Shown: positions 20,972 to 30,583, counted from the first letter of the stretch. The stretch is DNA of 64,000 nt from an uncultured Alphaproteobacteria bacterium (GCA_944392955.1 CALXYK010000014.1:32042-96041), one strand, 5' to 3'. Notes: generated from the letters alone by a model not told the origin. A program made the numbers and translations.

Positions 20972-21772
20972 CTAATCCTTTATATGATTTAAAATAATAG
21001 AAGAAACTTGGTATTTGCCGTCTGTTAATATATTAGTGTGGTTATATGTTGGCAGTATATAAAGTTTTGAATCCTTTATAAACTTATTATATTTTTTTCC
21101 AAAATAAACAGGTGTAGTAATATCATTTTCACCATAAATTAGTATTGTAGGAACTGATATTTTTTTTGCAATTGAGGATAAATTTTCCTTTACCACTGCC
21201 TTTAATACTTTCTTCATCATAGGAGAAGCATTTTTATAATCTGAACTAGCAAATTTGTTATAGTATGCCTTATATAACCTTGATTTCATAATATCAAGTC
21301 CTAAAAGCTTATAAAATGATTTTAATAATTTTGCACTTTTTATTATTATTTGATCTTTGAGTTTTTTATGCTTTTTCAAACCTGCCCCAGATACAATGAA
21401 AATTCCATCTATAATATCAGGATATAAAGAGGCAAGATACAATGCTATTCGCCCACCCAAAGAATGACCTATTATATAAACTTTATTATCAGAACTTAGT
21501 TTATTTAAAATGAAATTCTTTATAATATTTGCATAATCAGAAACACTCAAAACTTTGTCAGGTGTTGGACTATCACCAAAGCCTGGTAAATCAATAAGAT
21601 AACAATCGTATTCTGATAATTCGTTTGCAATAGGTTTTAAATTATTTAATGTATGCCCCCATCCGTGCAATAAAATAAATTTAACATTAGATGCTAATCT
21701 TCCTTTCGTATATTCGTAATGTAAATTGTTATAATCCATAATAAAACCTTTCGCTTTGAAATTATATATCAA
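20972..21772 (-). CDS. Alpha/beta hydrolase fold protein
   Basis: 266 aa with 'LLHGWGH' and nucleophile elbow 'GHSLGG'. Its stop lies 4 nt before the murF-like ATG. The start may instead be the internal Met (MDYNN). Confidence 0.75.
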   Translation of the reverse strand: MIYNFKAKGFIMDYNNLHYEYTKGRLASNVKFILLHGWGHTLNNLKPIANELSEYDCYLIDLPGFGDSPTPDKVLSVSDYANIIKNFILNKLSSDNKVYIIGHSLGGRIALYLASLYPDIIDGIFIVSGAGLKKHKKLKDQIIIKSAKLLKSFYKLLGLDIMKSRLYKAYYNKFASSDYKNASPMMKKVLKAVVKENLSSIAKKISVPTILIYGENDITTPVYFGKKYNKFIKDSKLYILPTYNHTNILTDGKYQVSSIILNHIKD

Positions 21773-21839
21773 TTAGGGATAAAATACAAAAGAAATCTTT
21801 GACTTGATTTTTTATATGTTTTTTATTATTATTTGTTCT

Positions 21840-21925
21840 GAGGTTTGGCGGACGATTATATTATTTTAACAGGTCAGGTCCGGAAGGAAGCAGCCAGAAA
21901 TAATAGGTCGGGTCGTCAAAACCTC
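21840..21925 (+). ncRNA. ffs: Signal recognition particle RNA (small 4.5S type)
   Basis: Contains CAGGTCAGGTCCGGAAGGAAGCAGCC, identical to the conserved domain IV of E. coli 4.5S RNA. Closing helix GAGGTTTG/CAAAACCTC. A TTGACT -35-like element lies upstream. Confidence 0.9.
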
Positions 21926-21926
21926 G

Positions 21927-22136
21927 TTATTTTAAATCTATATCAATTATTGACATATTAAAATCGTATGAAATTTCGCCTTCATCTTCGTCCTTGTATA
22001 AGGTTCCTATGAACTCTGAACCTATATATACTTCGGCCATATCTTCATCCGATTTGCTTAACTTTAAATTTATACTGTCGTTTTTAAATTTGTTTTTTAA
22101 GTAGTTAGTTACTTTTTCTATTTCTTGCAAAGTCAT
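21927..22136 (-). CDS. DUF3126-like small protein
   Basis: 'MTLQEIEKVTNYLKNKF...AEVYIGSEFIGTLYKDEDEGEISYDFNMSIIDIDL' matches my memory of the alphaproteobacterial DUF3126 pattern. GGGAG lies 8 nt upstream of this Met. The longer track start (22163) sits at or upstream of a TATAAT -10. Confidence 0.65.
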   Translation of the reverse strand: MTLQEIEKVTNYLKNKFKNDSINLKLSKSDEDMAEVYIGSEFIGTLYKDEDEGEISYDFNMSIIDIDLK

Positions 22137-22187
22137 AAAATATCTCCCGTTATACATTCTCATTATAATGCAAAAATAGAAAAAAGC

Positions 22188-22231
22188 AAAACAAATAAAA
22201 ATACATCTTAATTTAAATAACTAAGATGTAT
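22188..22231 (-). terminator. Intrinsic terminator after the 22257..22742 lipoprotein gene
   Basis: 10-bp stem ATACATCTTA/TAAGATGTAT (22201-22210 and 22222-22231), followed on the minus strand by TTTTTATTTGTTTTG. Confidence 0.6.
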
Positions 22232-22256
22232 TTCGTGTTAGTAAATATTTTGAAAT

Positions 22257-22742
22257 CTATTGTAAAGAAATAAGCATATTGATTTGTTCTATGTCTTCGT
22301 ATTTATTAAATTTTTCTCCTTTTTTGTATGTTTTTTTGGTTTGACCTGTTTTTTTATCATCTACTTCTTTTGATAAGATACTTCCATCTTCGTAATATTT
22401 TATAACGGTGAATTTATTGCCATCTTTGCTCTTTTTAAAATAGGTGTCGACTCGTTTCTTATCAGGAGATAAAATTATTCCGTTTATTTGTTCTCCATCT
22501 TCATAATATGCAATATAGTTATCCTTTGATTTCATGAAACCTGTAATTTCTTGACCTTCTACATCACAATAGGTAAAATTTCCCTTTGTAGATTTTGAAC
22601 ATAGAAATGCATCTACCTCTCTTTGATATATTGTATAAACAGGTGCTGTTGACGAAGTGTTATTCATATTATTAGATGTTGGTTGTGTATCATTACTTGC
22701 ACATGCAGCAAGAATACATAAAATCGGTAGTATTTTTTTCAT
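22257..22742 (-). CDS. Hypothetical lipoprotein (MORN/YwqK-like repeats?)
   Basis: 161 aa. 'MKKILPILCILAACAS' has a lipobox (LAAC). Repeated 'YYEDG...' segments. Confidence 0.6.
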   Translation of the reverse strand: MKKILPILCILAACASNDTQPTSNNMNNTSSTAPVYTIYQREVDAFLCSKSTKGNFTYCDVEGQEITGFMKSKDNYIAYYEDGEQINGIILSPDKKRVDTYFKKSKDGNKFTVIKYYEDGSILSKEVDDKKTGQTKKTYKKGEKFNKYEDIEQINMLISLQ

Positions 22743-22819
22743 TAGTTTTCTCCTTTGCTAAATTTATTTAAAACCTTTTAGTAATATAAATGAAAAAAAC
22801 TACTTATTGCAAATAGAAT

Positions 22820-22849
22820 AAATCCCTAAGTTTTTATGCTTAGGGATTT
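22820..22849. terminator. Hairpin terminator between two minus-strand genes
   Basis: 11-bp stem AAATCCCTAAG/CTTAGGGATTT. There is a T6 run on the plus side and ATTCTATTT on the minus side. Confidence 0.5.
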
Positions 22850-22872
22850 ATTTTTTGGATTGCCCCCAAAAT

Positions 22873-23220
22873 TTAAGCCATTTTTCTTTTTTCTTCGGAA
22901 ATATTGAGTTCCTTTTCCAAAAGAAGCATTTGTTCACGAGTATCTTCAAAAATAAATAATTTTATTTTGTCTGCTATCTCTTTATTGCTCATATCTCTTG
23001 TATTTTCAGCAAAAGATTGTCTTTTTATTTGAAAAGATGTATATGCACCCAAAAGATCACTTCTATCCAATGAATCAATGTTTCCTACATTACCCATCTT
23101 TATATTTTTTGCCAATGCATCCTTTAATGAAATAGTTTCACCTGTTTTATTAACCCAAACCGTTTCTTCAAGAATAGTATCAATAATTGTCATTAAAACT
23201 GTTTTATTTTTACTCTCCAT
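22873..23220 (-). CDS. Hypothetical protein (115 aa), divergent from mraZ
   Basis: The internal start 'MESKNKTVLMTIID' is preceded by AAGGAG, so the longer track start (23268) is less likely. No recognisable domain. Confidence 0.5.
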   Translation of the reverse strand: MESKNKTVLMTIIDTILEETVWVNKTGETISLKDALAKNIKMGNVGNIDSLDRSDLLGAYTSFQIKRQSFAENTRDMSNKEIADKIKLFIFEDTREQMLLLEKELNISEEKRKMA

Positions 23221-23370
23221 ATTAGTTCTCCTTGCAATTTTTGTTTTTATTTTGATTTCGCTCCACAATCATATTTATGAATCATTCCGATTCTGTTGTC
23301 AAGTAAAAAATGAAAAAAATTTATTTTTTATTTAAAAATATATATTTTTTATTCTATTTTTTTACAAATT

Positions 23371-23427
23371 ACCATATAAGACCATATAAAAATATATTTT
23401 TGTCATTGACAACCATAAAATACCATA
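23371..23427 (+). promoter_or_regulatory. Four ACCATA direct repeats in two pairs with 10-bp spacing; candidate MraZ operator
   Basis: ACCATA occurs at 23371, 23381, 23412 and 23422. The second pair lies inside the spacer of the predicted mraZ promoter. Confidence 0.45.
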
Positions 23428-23434
23428 ATATTAT
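23406..23434 (+). promoter_or_regulatory. Sigma70-type promoter of the dcw (mraZ) operon
   Basis: TTGACA (23406-23411), 17-nt spacer, TATTAT (23429-23434). AAGGAG SD at 23446-23451. Confidence 0.55.
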
Positions 23435-23458
23435 TGGACTCAATTAAGGAGTGTTTTA

Positions 23459-23908
23459 ATGTTATTTTTAGGAACTATTGAAAATAAATTAGATCAAAAA
23501 GGACGTATCAGTGTACCTGCTGATTTTCGTATGGTTGTTAAAAATAGCACATTCCAAGGAGTTATTCTTTTTCATTCCTTTACAAACAAATGCATTGAAG
23601 GTTGTTCTATGGAAAGGATGGAAATGCTTTCGGATGCAACTGATAATTTGGATTTGTTTAGTGAGGAAAATGATAATCTTAATTCTTTGATTTTTTCTGA
23701 TGCTAGACAATTGTCCTTTGACGTGACAGGCAGGATTGTAATCCCCTCTGATTTATTAGAGTTTGCCGGAATTAAAAACTCTGCATTGTTCGTAGGAAAG
23801 GGAAAAACTTTTCAAATTTGGAATCCTGATGAATTTAATAAATTCCAAAATAATGTGAGGAAAAAGGCTTTTGATGCTAGACCTTCTTTATCTTTTAAAA
23901 AGGAGTAG
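23459..23908 (+). CDS. mraZ: Transcriptional regulator MraZ
   Basis: 149 aa. 'FLGTIENKLDQKGRISVPADFR' plus a second SpoVT/AbrB-like repeat 'GRIVIPSDLLEF'. Confidence 0.9.
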   Translation: MLFLGTIENKLDQKGRISVPADFRMVVKNSTFQGVILFHSFTNKCIEGCSMERMEMLSDATDNLDLFSEENDNLNSLIFSDARQLSFDVTGRIVIPSDLLEFAGIKNSALFVGKGKTFQIWNPDEFNKFQNNVRKKAFDARPSLSFKKE

Positions 23909-23910
23909 CG

Positions 23911-24846
23911 ATGTCCGTTGAAAATCAACTTCATATCCCGGTTATGTTAAATGAAGTTATAGAAAATCTTTCTCTTAAAGATGGGGGTGTTTATGTTGAT
24001 GGAACCTTTGGTAATGGTGGATATTCAAGGGCAATTTTAGAAAAATGCGACACAAAAGTAATTGCATTTGACAGGGATGAAAATGTAAAAAAAACTGCTG
24101 ATGTATTTAAAGAAAAATACAAAGATAGATTTTCGTTTTTTCAGGATAAATTTTCAAATATTTACCCTGTATTATCTAAAAATAATATAAAATCCGTTGA
24201 TGGTTTGGTTTTGGATATAGGAGTTTCATCTATGCAAATAGATACTCCGGAACGGGGATTTTCTTTTAGGTTTGATGCACCTTTATCAATGGCTATGGGG
24301 AAAAATGATATAGATGCCAATGTCGTTGTTAATACATTTTCTGAAAAGCAACTGGCCGATATATTTTATATATATGGTGAAGAAAAAAAATCCCGAATTA
24401 TTGCTAAAAATATTGTTGAAGAAAGAAAACATAAGAAAATAGAAACTACTTTTCAATTAGTAGACATTATAAATAAATCTGTTGGTAAATTTGCATCTGT
24501 TAAAACTATACCAAGAATATTTCAAGCCTTACGAATTTTTGTAAATAATGAACTAGGCGAATTACAAAGTGTATTAAATGATGCAAAAAACATACTTTCG
24601 TCCGGTGGAAGATTGGTTATTGTAGATTTTCATTCCTTAGAGGATAGAATAGTGAAAAATTTTATTAAAAATAATACTGAACCTAAAAAACACTACTCAA
24701 AATATGCTATTTCTTCAAAAGATAATAATCTTTTAAATTTACCCTTTAAAATAGTTCAAAAAAATGCTATAATTCCTACTAGAAATGAAATAGATAATAA
24801 TCCCAGAGCAAGATCTGCAAAATTGCGATCTGTGGAAAGGGTGTAA
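23911..24846 (+). CDS. rsmH: 16S rRNA (cytosine1402-N4)-methyltransferase
   Basis: 311 aa with 'HIPVMLNEV', 'DGTFGNGGYS', 'DIGVSSMQID' and 'FHSLEDRIVK'. Confidence 0.95.
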   Translation: MSVENQLHIPVMLNEVIENLSLKDGGVYVDGTFGNGGYSRAILEKCDTKVIAFDRDENVKKTADVFKEKYKDRFSFFQDKFSNIYPVLSKNNIKSVDGLVLDIGVSSMQIDTPERGFSFRFDAPLSMAMGKNDIDANVVVNTFSEKQLADIFYIYGEEKKSRIIAKNIVEERKHKKIETTFQLVDIINKSVGKFASVKTIPRIFQALRIFVNNELGELQSVLNDAKNILSSGGRLVIVDFHSLEDRIVKNFIKNNTEPKKHYSKYAISSKDNNLLNLPFKIVQKNAIIPTRNEIDNNPRARSAKLRSVERV

Positions 24847-24865
24847 TTTTTATTAGGGTGATAAA

Positions 24866-25165
24866 GTGGGAAAATATAAAAATTTGTTTTTACCTGTTTT
24901 GATTATACTATCTTTCTTTATAGCGATATTTTCTTATACTTTGCAATTCAGAATCAATAAATTTGATAAAGATATAAAAAATTTAAATAAGGAAATATCT
25001 GATATAGATGAGGAAATTAAAGTTTTAAAAACTGAACTTTCTCATCTTACATCTATTACTAGGATAAAAAAAATTTCTAATAGGTATTTATCTGATTATA
25101 AGTTGATTACCTTTGATGATTTTATTAAGGTTATGGACATTCCTATCAATCCAAAACTTGAGTAA
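24866..25165 (+). CDS. ftsL: Cell division protein FtsL (GTG start)
   Basis: 99 aa with one N-terminal TM helix followed by a coiled coil. Conserved position between rsmH and ftsI. Confidence 0.7.
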   Translation: MGKYKNLFLPVLIILSFFIAIFSYTLQFRINKFDKDIKNLNKEISDIDEEIKVLKTELSHLTSITRIKKISNRYLSDYKLITFDDFIKVMDIPINPKLE

Positions 25166-25168
25166 TAT

Positions 25169-26839
25169 ATGATTAAAATATTAAAAAAAACTTTGCAAAA
25201 AAAAGAAAAAATACCAAAAAATTATTTTTTTGGTGATGATATTCCTTTGGATTGGTTGAATATAAAAAAGAGGAATATGTCTGATAAACGATTGGTTTTT
25301 ATAGAGGCTGTATTATATATAATATTTGTAATAATTATATTAAAACTTTTTTCAATAAATATTGATTTTGATTTTTTCAAAAAAAATTTAATAGATAATA
25401 CATCTACTAATTCATCTTATAGGCCGGATATTTTAGATAGAAATGGGAAATTGTTAGCAACGAATCTTCCAACTTTTGATTTATATGTGGAACCTCATAA
25501 TGTAGTTGATGCAGAACAATCCTCTAAAAAACTTGCACAAATACTACCTGATTTAAAATATGATGACCTAGTAAAAAAATTAAAATCATCAAAAAAGTTT
25601 ATTTACATTGCTAGAAAAATTTCTCCTCTAGAAAAGGAAAAAATAACACTGATAGGAGAGCCTGGTTTAAACTTTATAAAAAATGAAGGTAGAGTTTACC
25701 CTCATACAAACCTTTTTTCTCATATAATAGGAAGTGTTGATGTTGATAATAATGCAATTAGTGGTATTGAAAAGTATATTGATAATAATGAATTAAAAAA
25801 CTCTGAAAAACCTGTCATACTATCTATTGATATGTATATCCAAGATGCAATCAGACAACATCTATTAAAAGCTATGACTGATTTTAATGCAAAATCCGCT
25901 GCTGGGATTGTGATGGATGTTGCAACTGGTGAAATTTTGGGAATGGTTTCTTTGCCTGATTTTTCAAATAATGAATATGCAAAAGTTGTTACGAATCCTT
26001 TGTTTAATAATCATGTCACCTTGGATGTATATGAGTTTGGATCTGTTATGAAAATATTTAATACTGCCTTGGCAATAGAAAATAACTATCCTTTGAATAA
26101 GATTTTTGATGTATCAAAACCTTTCATGATAGGTAATCATGCTATAAAAGATTCCCACCCTAAAAAATGGTTAATAAATGTCGTAGAGGGATTTATTCAT
26201 TCTTCTAATATTGTAATGGCAAATATTGCAAAAGATTTGGGAATATCAAAGCAAAAAGATTTCCTTAAAAAACTTAACCTATTAGAAAAAATTGATTTTG
26301 AATTACCAGAAAGAGGAACTACTATATATCCAAAAGATTGGAATGAATTCTATTCTGCAAGTATTGGATTTGGTTATTCCATATCCCCTACTATGTTGGC
26401 TGTGGTTTCTGCTATTAACGGAATAGTCAATGATGGATTATATGTAAATCCAACTATATTAAAAAGAGATAAAAATGAAACTTTGAAATCTTATCAAGTA
26501 GTAGATCAAAAAACTTCTGATGCTATAAAAAAATTTATGCGACTTGTTATAACAAATGGAACCGGATATATGGCTAATTTAAAAAATATTAAAGTTGGCG
26601 GGAAAACAGGAACTTCCTATAAAATAGTAGATGGCAAATATGACAATACTAAAATAAGGACTTTTTTTGCTTCTATTTTCCCAGCGGATAGACCTAAATA
26701 TACTATGTTAATAATGCTTGATGAAGCAAAAAATAAAAATTGTAATACTGCTGCATGCACTGCGGTGCCAATATCTGCTGATATAATTAAAGATGTAAGT
26801 ACTATTTTGAATCTTGATATAAAAAATAATATTGATTAA
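25169..26839 (+). CDS. ftsI: Peptidoglycan D,D-transpeptidase FtsI (PBP3)
   Basis: 556 aa. N-terminal TM helix, then SxxK 'GSVMK', SxN 'HSSN' and 'KTGT'. Confidence 0.9.
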   Translation: MIKILKKTLQKKEKIPKNYFFGDDIPLDWLNIKKRNMSDKRLVFIEAVLYIIFVIIILKLFSINIDFDFFKKNLIDNTSTNSSYRPDILDRNGKLLATNLPTFDLYVEPHNVVDAEQSSKKLAQILPDLKYDDLVKKLKSSKKFIYIARKISPLEKEKITLIGEPGLNFIKNEGRVYPHTNLFSHIIGSVDVDNNAISGIEKYIDNNELKNSEKPVILSIDMYIQDAIRQHLLKAMTDFNAKSAAGIVMDVATGEILGMVSLPDFSNNEYAKVVTNPLFNNHVTLDVYEFGSVMKIFNTALAIENNYPLNKIFDVSKPFMIGNHAIKDSHPKKWLINVVEGFIHSSNIVMANIAKDLGISKQKDFLKKLNLLEKIDFELPERGTTIYPKDWNEFYSASIGFGYSISPTMLAVVSAINGIVNDGLYVNPTILKRDKNETLKSYQVVDQKTSDAIKKFMRLVITNGTGYMANLKNIKVGGKTGTSYKIVDGKYDNTKIRTFFASIFPADRPKYTMLIMLDEAKNKNCNTAACTAVPISADIIKDVSTILNLDIKNNID

Positions 26840-26875
26840 AAATATAAAAAAATACTTAATAATTTATTATATTTG

Positions 26876-26884
26876 TGTTATAAT
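26876..26884 (+). promoter_or_regulatory. Extended -10 promoter element in the ftsI-mraY gap
   Basis: TGTTATAAT (TGn + TATAAT), 31 nt upstream of the mraY ATG. Confidence 0.35.
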
Positions 26885-26914
26885 AAACAAAAATAAATAA
26901 TAAAAGAGGTTAAA

Positions 26915-27988
26915 ATGTTTTATAATTTAAGTGCAAATTGGGATGGAATATTTAATTTGTTCAGGTATATAACTTTCAGAACTGGTGGGGCTTTGTTAAC
27001 TTCTCTGTTCATATATCTTATATTTGGAAACAGATTTATAAATTTTATAAAAACTAAGTTTGCTCAACCAATAAGGAAAGAAGGTCCTCAATCACATTTG
27101 AAAAAACAAGGAACTCCTACTATGGGTGGAATTTTAATGTTGATTTCTATAATGGTATCTTCGTTACTTTGGTGTAATTTAAATAATGGATATGTTTGGA
27201 TAGTTTTATTTACGATGCTTTCCTTTGGTATAATTGGTTTTATTGATGATTACTTTAAGGTAGTACATGGTAATGCATACAAGGGATTGTCTGCAAAAGT
27301 AAGATTATTTTTCCAATTTATAATTTGTGCTTTTGTTTGTGTTGGTATTTATAAGTTAATGCCTAATGAATTTAAAACAACTATTACAATACCTTTCTTT
27401 AAAAATATTTTATGGGATTTAGGTATATTGTATTTCATATTTGTATCTTTGGTTATTGTAGGAAGTGGTAATGCTGTAAACTTAACTGATGGAATTGATG
27501 GATTGGCAAGTATGACTACTATCAGTTCATTTGCTGTATTTTTATTGGTGTCATATTTAATTGGTAGAGCGGATTATTCTTTGTATTTATTCCTTCCTTA
27601 TGTACCAGGGGTTGGCGAAATCACCGTTTTGATAGGTGCTATCATAGGGGCTATACTTGGATTTTTATGGTTTAATGCATATCCTGCAAAAATATTTATG
27701 GGGGACGTTGGCTCTCTTGCTATTGGAGCAGGACTTGGTGTAATAAGTGTTATAACAAAAAATGAATTCCTTTTACTTATTTGTGGAGCAATATTTGTAG
27801 CAGAAGCTATATCCGTTATGTTGCAAATTTATTCTATAAGAGTAAGGGGTAAAAAGATATTTAAGATGGCTCCGTTGCATCATCATTTTGAGTTAAAAGG
27901 ATGGAGCGAACAAACCGTTGTAATAAGATTTTGGATTATTTCTATTATTTTGGCTTTGATTGCTTTGTCTTCTTTGAAAATAAGATAG
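26915..27988 (+). CDS. mraY: Phospho-N-acetylmuramoyl-pentapeptide transferase
   Basis: 357 aa polytopic protein with 'NAVNLTDGIDGLA', 'GDVGSLAIGAGLG' and 'MAPLHHHFEL'. Confidence 0.95.
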   Translation: MFYNLSANWDGIFNLFRYITFRTGGALLTSLFIYLIFGNRFINFIKTKFAQPIRKEGPQSHLKKQGTPTMGGILMLISIMVSSLLWCNLNNGYVWIVLFTMLSFGIIGFIDDYFKVVHGNAYKGLSAKVRLFFQFIICAFVCVGIYKLMPNEFKTTITIPFFKNILWDLGILYFIFVSLVIVGSGNAVNLTDGIDGLASMTTISSFAVFLLVSYLIGRADYSLYLFLPYVPGVGEITVLIGAIIGAILGFLWFNAYPAKIFMGDVGSLAIGAGLGVISVITKNEFLLLICGAIFVAEAISVMLQIYSIRVRGKKIFKMAPLHHHFELKGWSEQTVVIRFWIISIILALIALSSLKIR

Positions 27989-28003
27989 TTATAAAGGTGT
28001 AAT

Positions 28004-29422
28004 ATGATAAATAACTTACTTAATAAAACCGTAGCCATATTAGGTCTTGGAAAAACGGGAATGGCAGTTGCCAGAGAGTTAAAATTACGTGGGGTTCATG
28101 TAATTGCTTGGGATGATAAAGAGGTTTTGAGAAAGGAAGCAGAAGGTCTTCATGTAACAATTAAAGATTTAAGAAATGTTGATTTTTCAGATGTGGAGTT
28201 ATTGGTAATAAGCCCTGGAATACCTCATACTTATCCGGAACCTCATCCTGTTGCGAAATTAGCAAAGGAAAATGGTGTAAAAATTGTATCTGATGTTGAG
28301 TTGTTCGTTTCTACTTATAAAAAGGCAAAGTATATAGGGATAACTGGAACAAATGGAAAATCTACAACTACGGCTTTGGTATATCATGTCCTTAAAGAGA
28401 ATGGAATACCTTGTGCAATAGGGGGAAATTTTGGAATTCCTGTTTTTGATTTGCCTATATTAGATAACAATGGTTATTATGTTTTTGAAATGTCAAGTTA
28501 TCAGATAGAACTATCTCCTTCTATTGATTTTGATGTGGCTGTTTTGTTGAATATTACTCCGGATCATTTATCAAGACATAATGGAATGGAAGGTTATGTT
28601 AATGTAAAAAAATCAATATTTAATAGGAAATCCAAAAAAAATTGTATCAATGTTGTAGCCGTTGATGATACTTACACAAAAAAGATATTTAATGAATTAC
28701 AAAAAACACAGGCTACTTCGTTAAATATTCCGGTTTCTTATTCTAAAAAAATTGAAAATGGATATTTTGTTTCTTCACAGGGAATGTTGATAGACAATAC
28801 AAAAAATGCTAAGTCTGAGATATTTGATTTATCATCATTGGATAACTTATGCGGAAAACATAACTGGCAAAATATATCTGCTGCTTTCGCTGTTGCGAAA
28901 TCTGTTGGACTTTCAAATACAAAAATCATAAATGCAATAAAAACATTTAAGACTTTGGAACATAGAATAGAATATGTTGGAACATTTGCTGGTATAAAAT
29001 TTATTGATGATTCAAAGGCAACAAATGCCGAATCTGTTAAGTATGCTATTGACTCTATGAATGATATTTACTGGATTATTGGAGGAAGACAGAAAGAAGG
29101 TGGAATTTCTTTGTTAGAACCTCAATTATCTGATGGTAATATAAAAAGGACTTTTGTTATAGGTGAATGCGAAAAGGATTTTTATAATCTAACAAAAAAA
29201 TATATGCCATCGTATAGATGTCATAAATTGGAAAAGGCTGTATACAAAGCATTTAAGTTAGCATTAAAAGATTTGAAAAAAGGAAAAGTTAAAAATCCCG
29301 TAATACTATTATCACCGGCAACTGCATCATTTGATCAATATAAATCTTTTGAAGAAAGAGGAGATCATTTTAAATCTTTGTTTAGGGAAATAGTCGGAAA
29401 ATATTCAAAAAAATTGGGATAA
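28004..29422 (+). CDS. murD: UDP-N-acetylmuramoylalanine--D-glutamate ligase
   Basis: 472 aa with 'GLGKTGMA', 'GITGTNGKSTT' and 'DDSKATN'. Confidence 0.9.
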   Translation: MINNLLNKTVAILGLGKTGMAVARELKLRGVHVIAWDDKEVLRKEAEGLHVTIKDLRNVDFSDVELLVISPGIPHTYPEPHPVAKLAKENGVKIVSDVELFVSTYKKAKYIGITGTNGKSTTTALVYHVLKENGIPCAIGGNFGIPVFDLPILDNNGYYVFEMSSYQIELSPSIDFDVAVLLNITPDHLSRHNGMEGYVNVKKSIFNRKSKKNCINVVAVDDTYTKKIFNELQKTQATSLNIPVSYSKKIENGYFVSSQGMLIDNTKNAKSEIFDLSSLDNLCGKHNWQNISAAFAVAKSVGLSNTKIINAIKTFKTLEHRIEYVGTFAGIKFIDDSKATNAESVKYAIDSMNDIYWIIGGRQKEGGISLLEPQLSDGNIKRTFVIGECEKDFYNLTKKYMPSYRCHKLEKAVYKAFKLALKDLKKGKVKNPVILLSPATASFDQYKSFEERGDHFKSLFREIVGKYSKKLG

Positions 29423-29425
29423 ATT

Positions 29426-30580
29426 ATGTTTGTAAAAAGAACAGAAAATAATTTATTTACAAGATGGTTAACAAATGTTGATAAGTCAATATTGATTTCT
29501 GTTTTATCCTTAATAGTAGTTGGTATTTTAATGATGTTCGCAACTACTCCGTATGCTGCTAGGAATATAGGGGCTCCGGAATATTCCTTTATAAAAAAGG
29601 CAATTATATATGTAATAATTGGCATTTGTGTTCTGATTACAACATCTTTTTTAACTACACGGGAAATACGATATATATCTGTAATAGGATTTGCTGTTTT
29701 CTTTGTTTTATTAGTTGCAACTTTGTTTTTCCCAGAGGTAAAAGGTGGAAGAAGGTGGATTTCAATTGCGGGGTTTAGATTACAACCTTCGGAATTTTTG
29801 AAACCTTTGTTTGCCGTTGTTATTTCTATGATATTAGTAAGAATAAAGGATTTACATATATCTATTAAATCTCATAATCCAGTTAAAATTTTAAAGGGAA
29901 TTTGGGGAAATAAAAAAGAGAAAAATTACATTATATCCTTGTTGATAATATTTACACTTATATGCTTTATTCTTGTAAGACAACCTGATATAGGTATGAC
30001 TTCAACATTTTTCATAATTTTTGCAGCAGAAATATTTGTAGCGGGCATTTCATGGTGGATTATCGCGGGGTTGGGTGGATTGTCCATTTGTGGATTATTT
30101 TTAGCGTATAAATTTTTGCCTCATGTAACTGCTAGAATCGAATCTTTTTTTAATTTTAACTATCAATTACAAATGGGGTTAAATGCGATAAAAGAATCAG
30201 GACTATTTTTCGGAGGGCATACAAATAATTTAAAAATAAAAGTTCCTGATATACATACTGATTTTATATTTGCTGCTGTTGTAGAGGAAGTTGGTCCATT
30301 TATTTCTTCGTTATTATTATTGGTATTTTTCTTTTTAATAATTCACATAATAACTACATTAAAAAATAAAATTAATAATTTTGTGGTTTTTGCATCTGTT
30401 GGAATTGTTGCATATCTATCTTTTCAAATTTGTGTAAATATTTCTTCTACTTTGGGAATTATACCAACAAAGGGTATGACCTTGCCTTTTATATCCTATG
30501 GAGGTTCATCTTTTATTTCTTCTTGCTTTGCAATAGGGGTTATCTTATCATTATTACAAGATCAAAATTTACGGAGATAG
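29426..30580 (+). CDS. ftsW: Peptidoglycan glycosyltransferase FtsW (SEDS family)
   Basis: 384 aa polytopic protein with 'QPSEFLKP', 'TDFIFAAVVEE' and 'TKGMTLPFISYGGSS'. Confidence 0.9.
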   Translation: MFVKRTENNLFTRWLTNVDKSILISVLSLIVVGILMMFATTPYAARNIGAPEYSFIKKAIIYVIIGICVLITTSFLTTREIRYISVIGFAVFFVLLVATLFFPEVKGGRRWISIAGFRLQPSEFLKPLFAVVISMILVRIKDLHISIKSHNPVKILKGIWGNKKEKNYIISLLIIFTLICFILVRQPDIGMTSTFFIIFAAEIFVAGISWWIIAGLGGLSICGLFLAYKFLPHVTARIESFFNFNYQLQMGLNAIKESGLFFGGHTNNLKIKVPDIHTDFIFAAVVEEVGPFISSLLLLVFFFLIIHIITTLKNKINNFVVFASVGIVAYLSFQICVNISSTLGIIPTKGMTLPFISYGGSSFISSCFAIGVILSLLQDQNLRR

Positions 30581-30583
30581 TTT

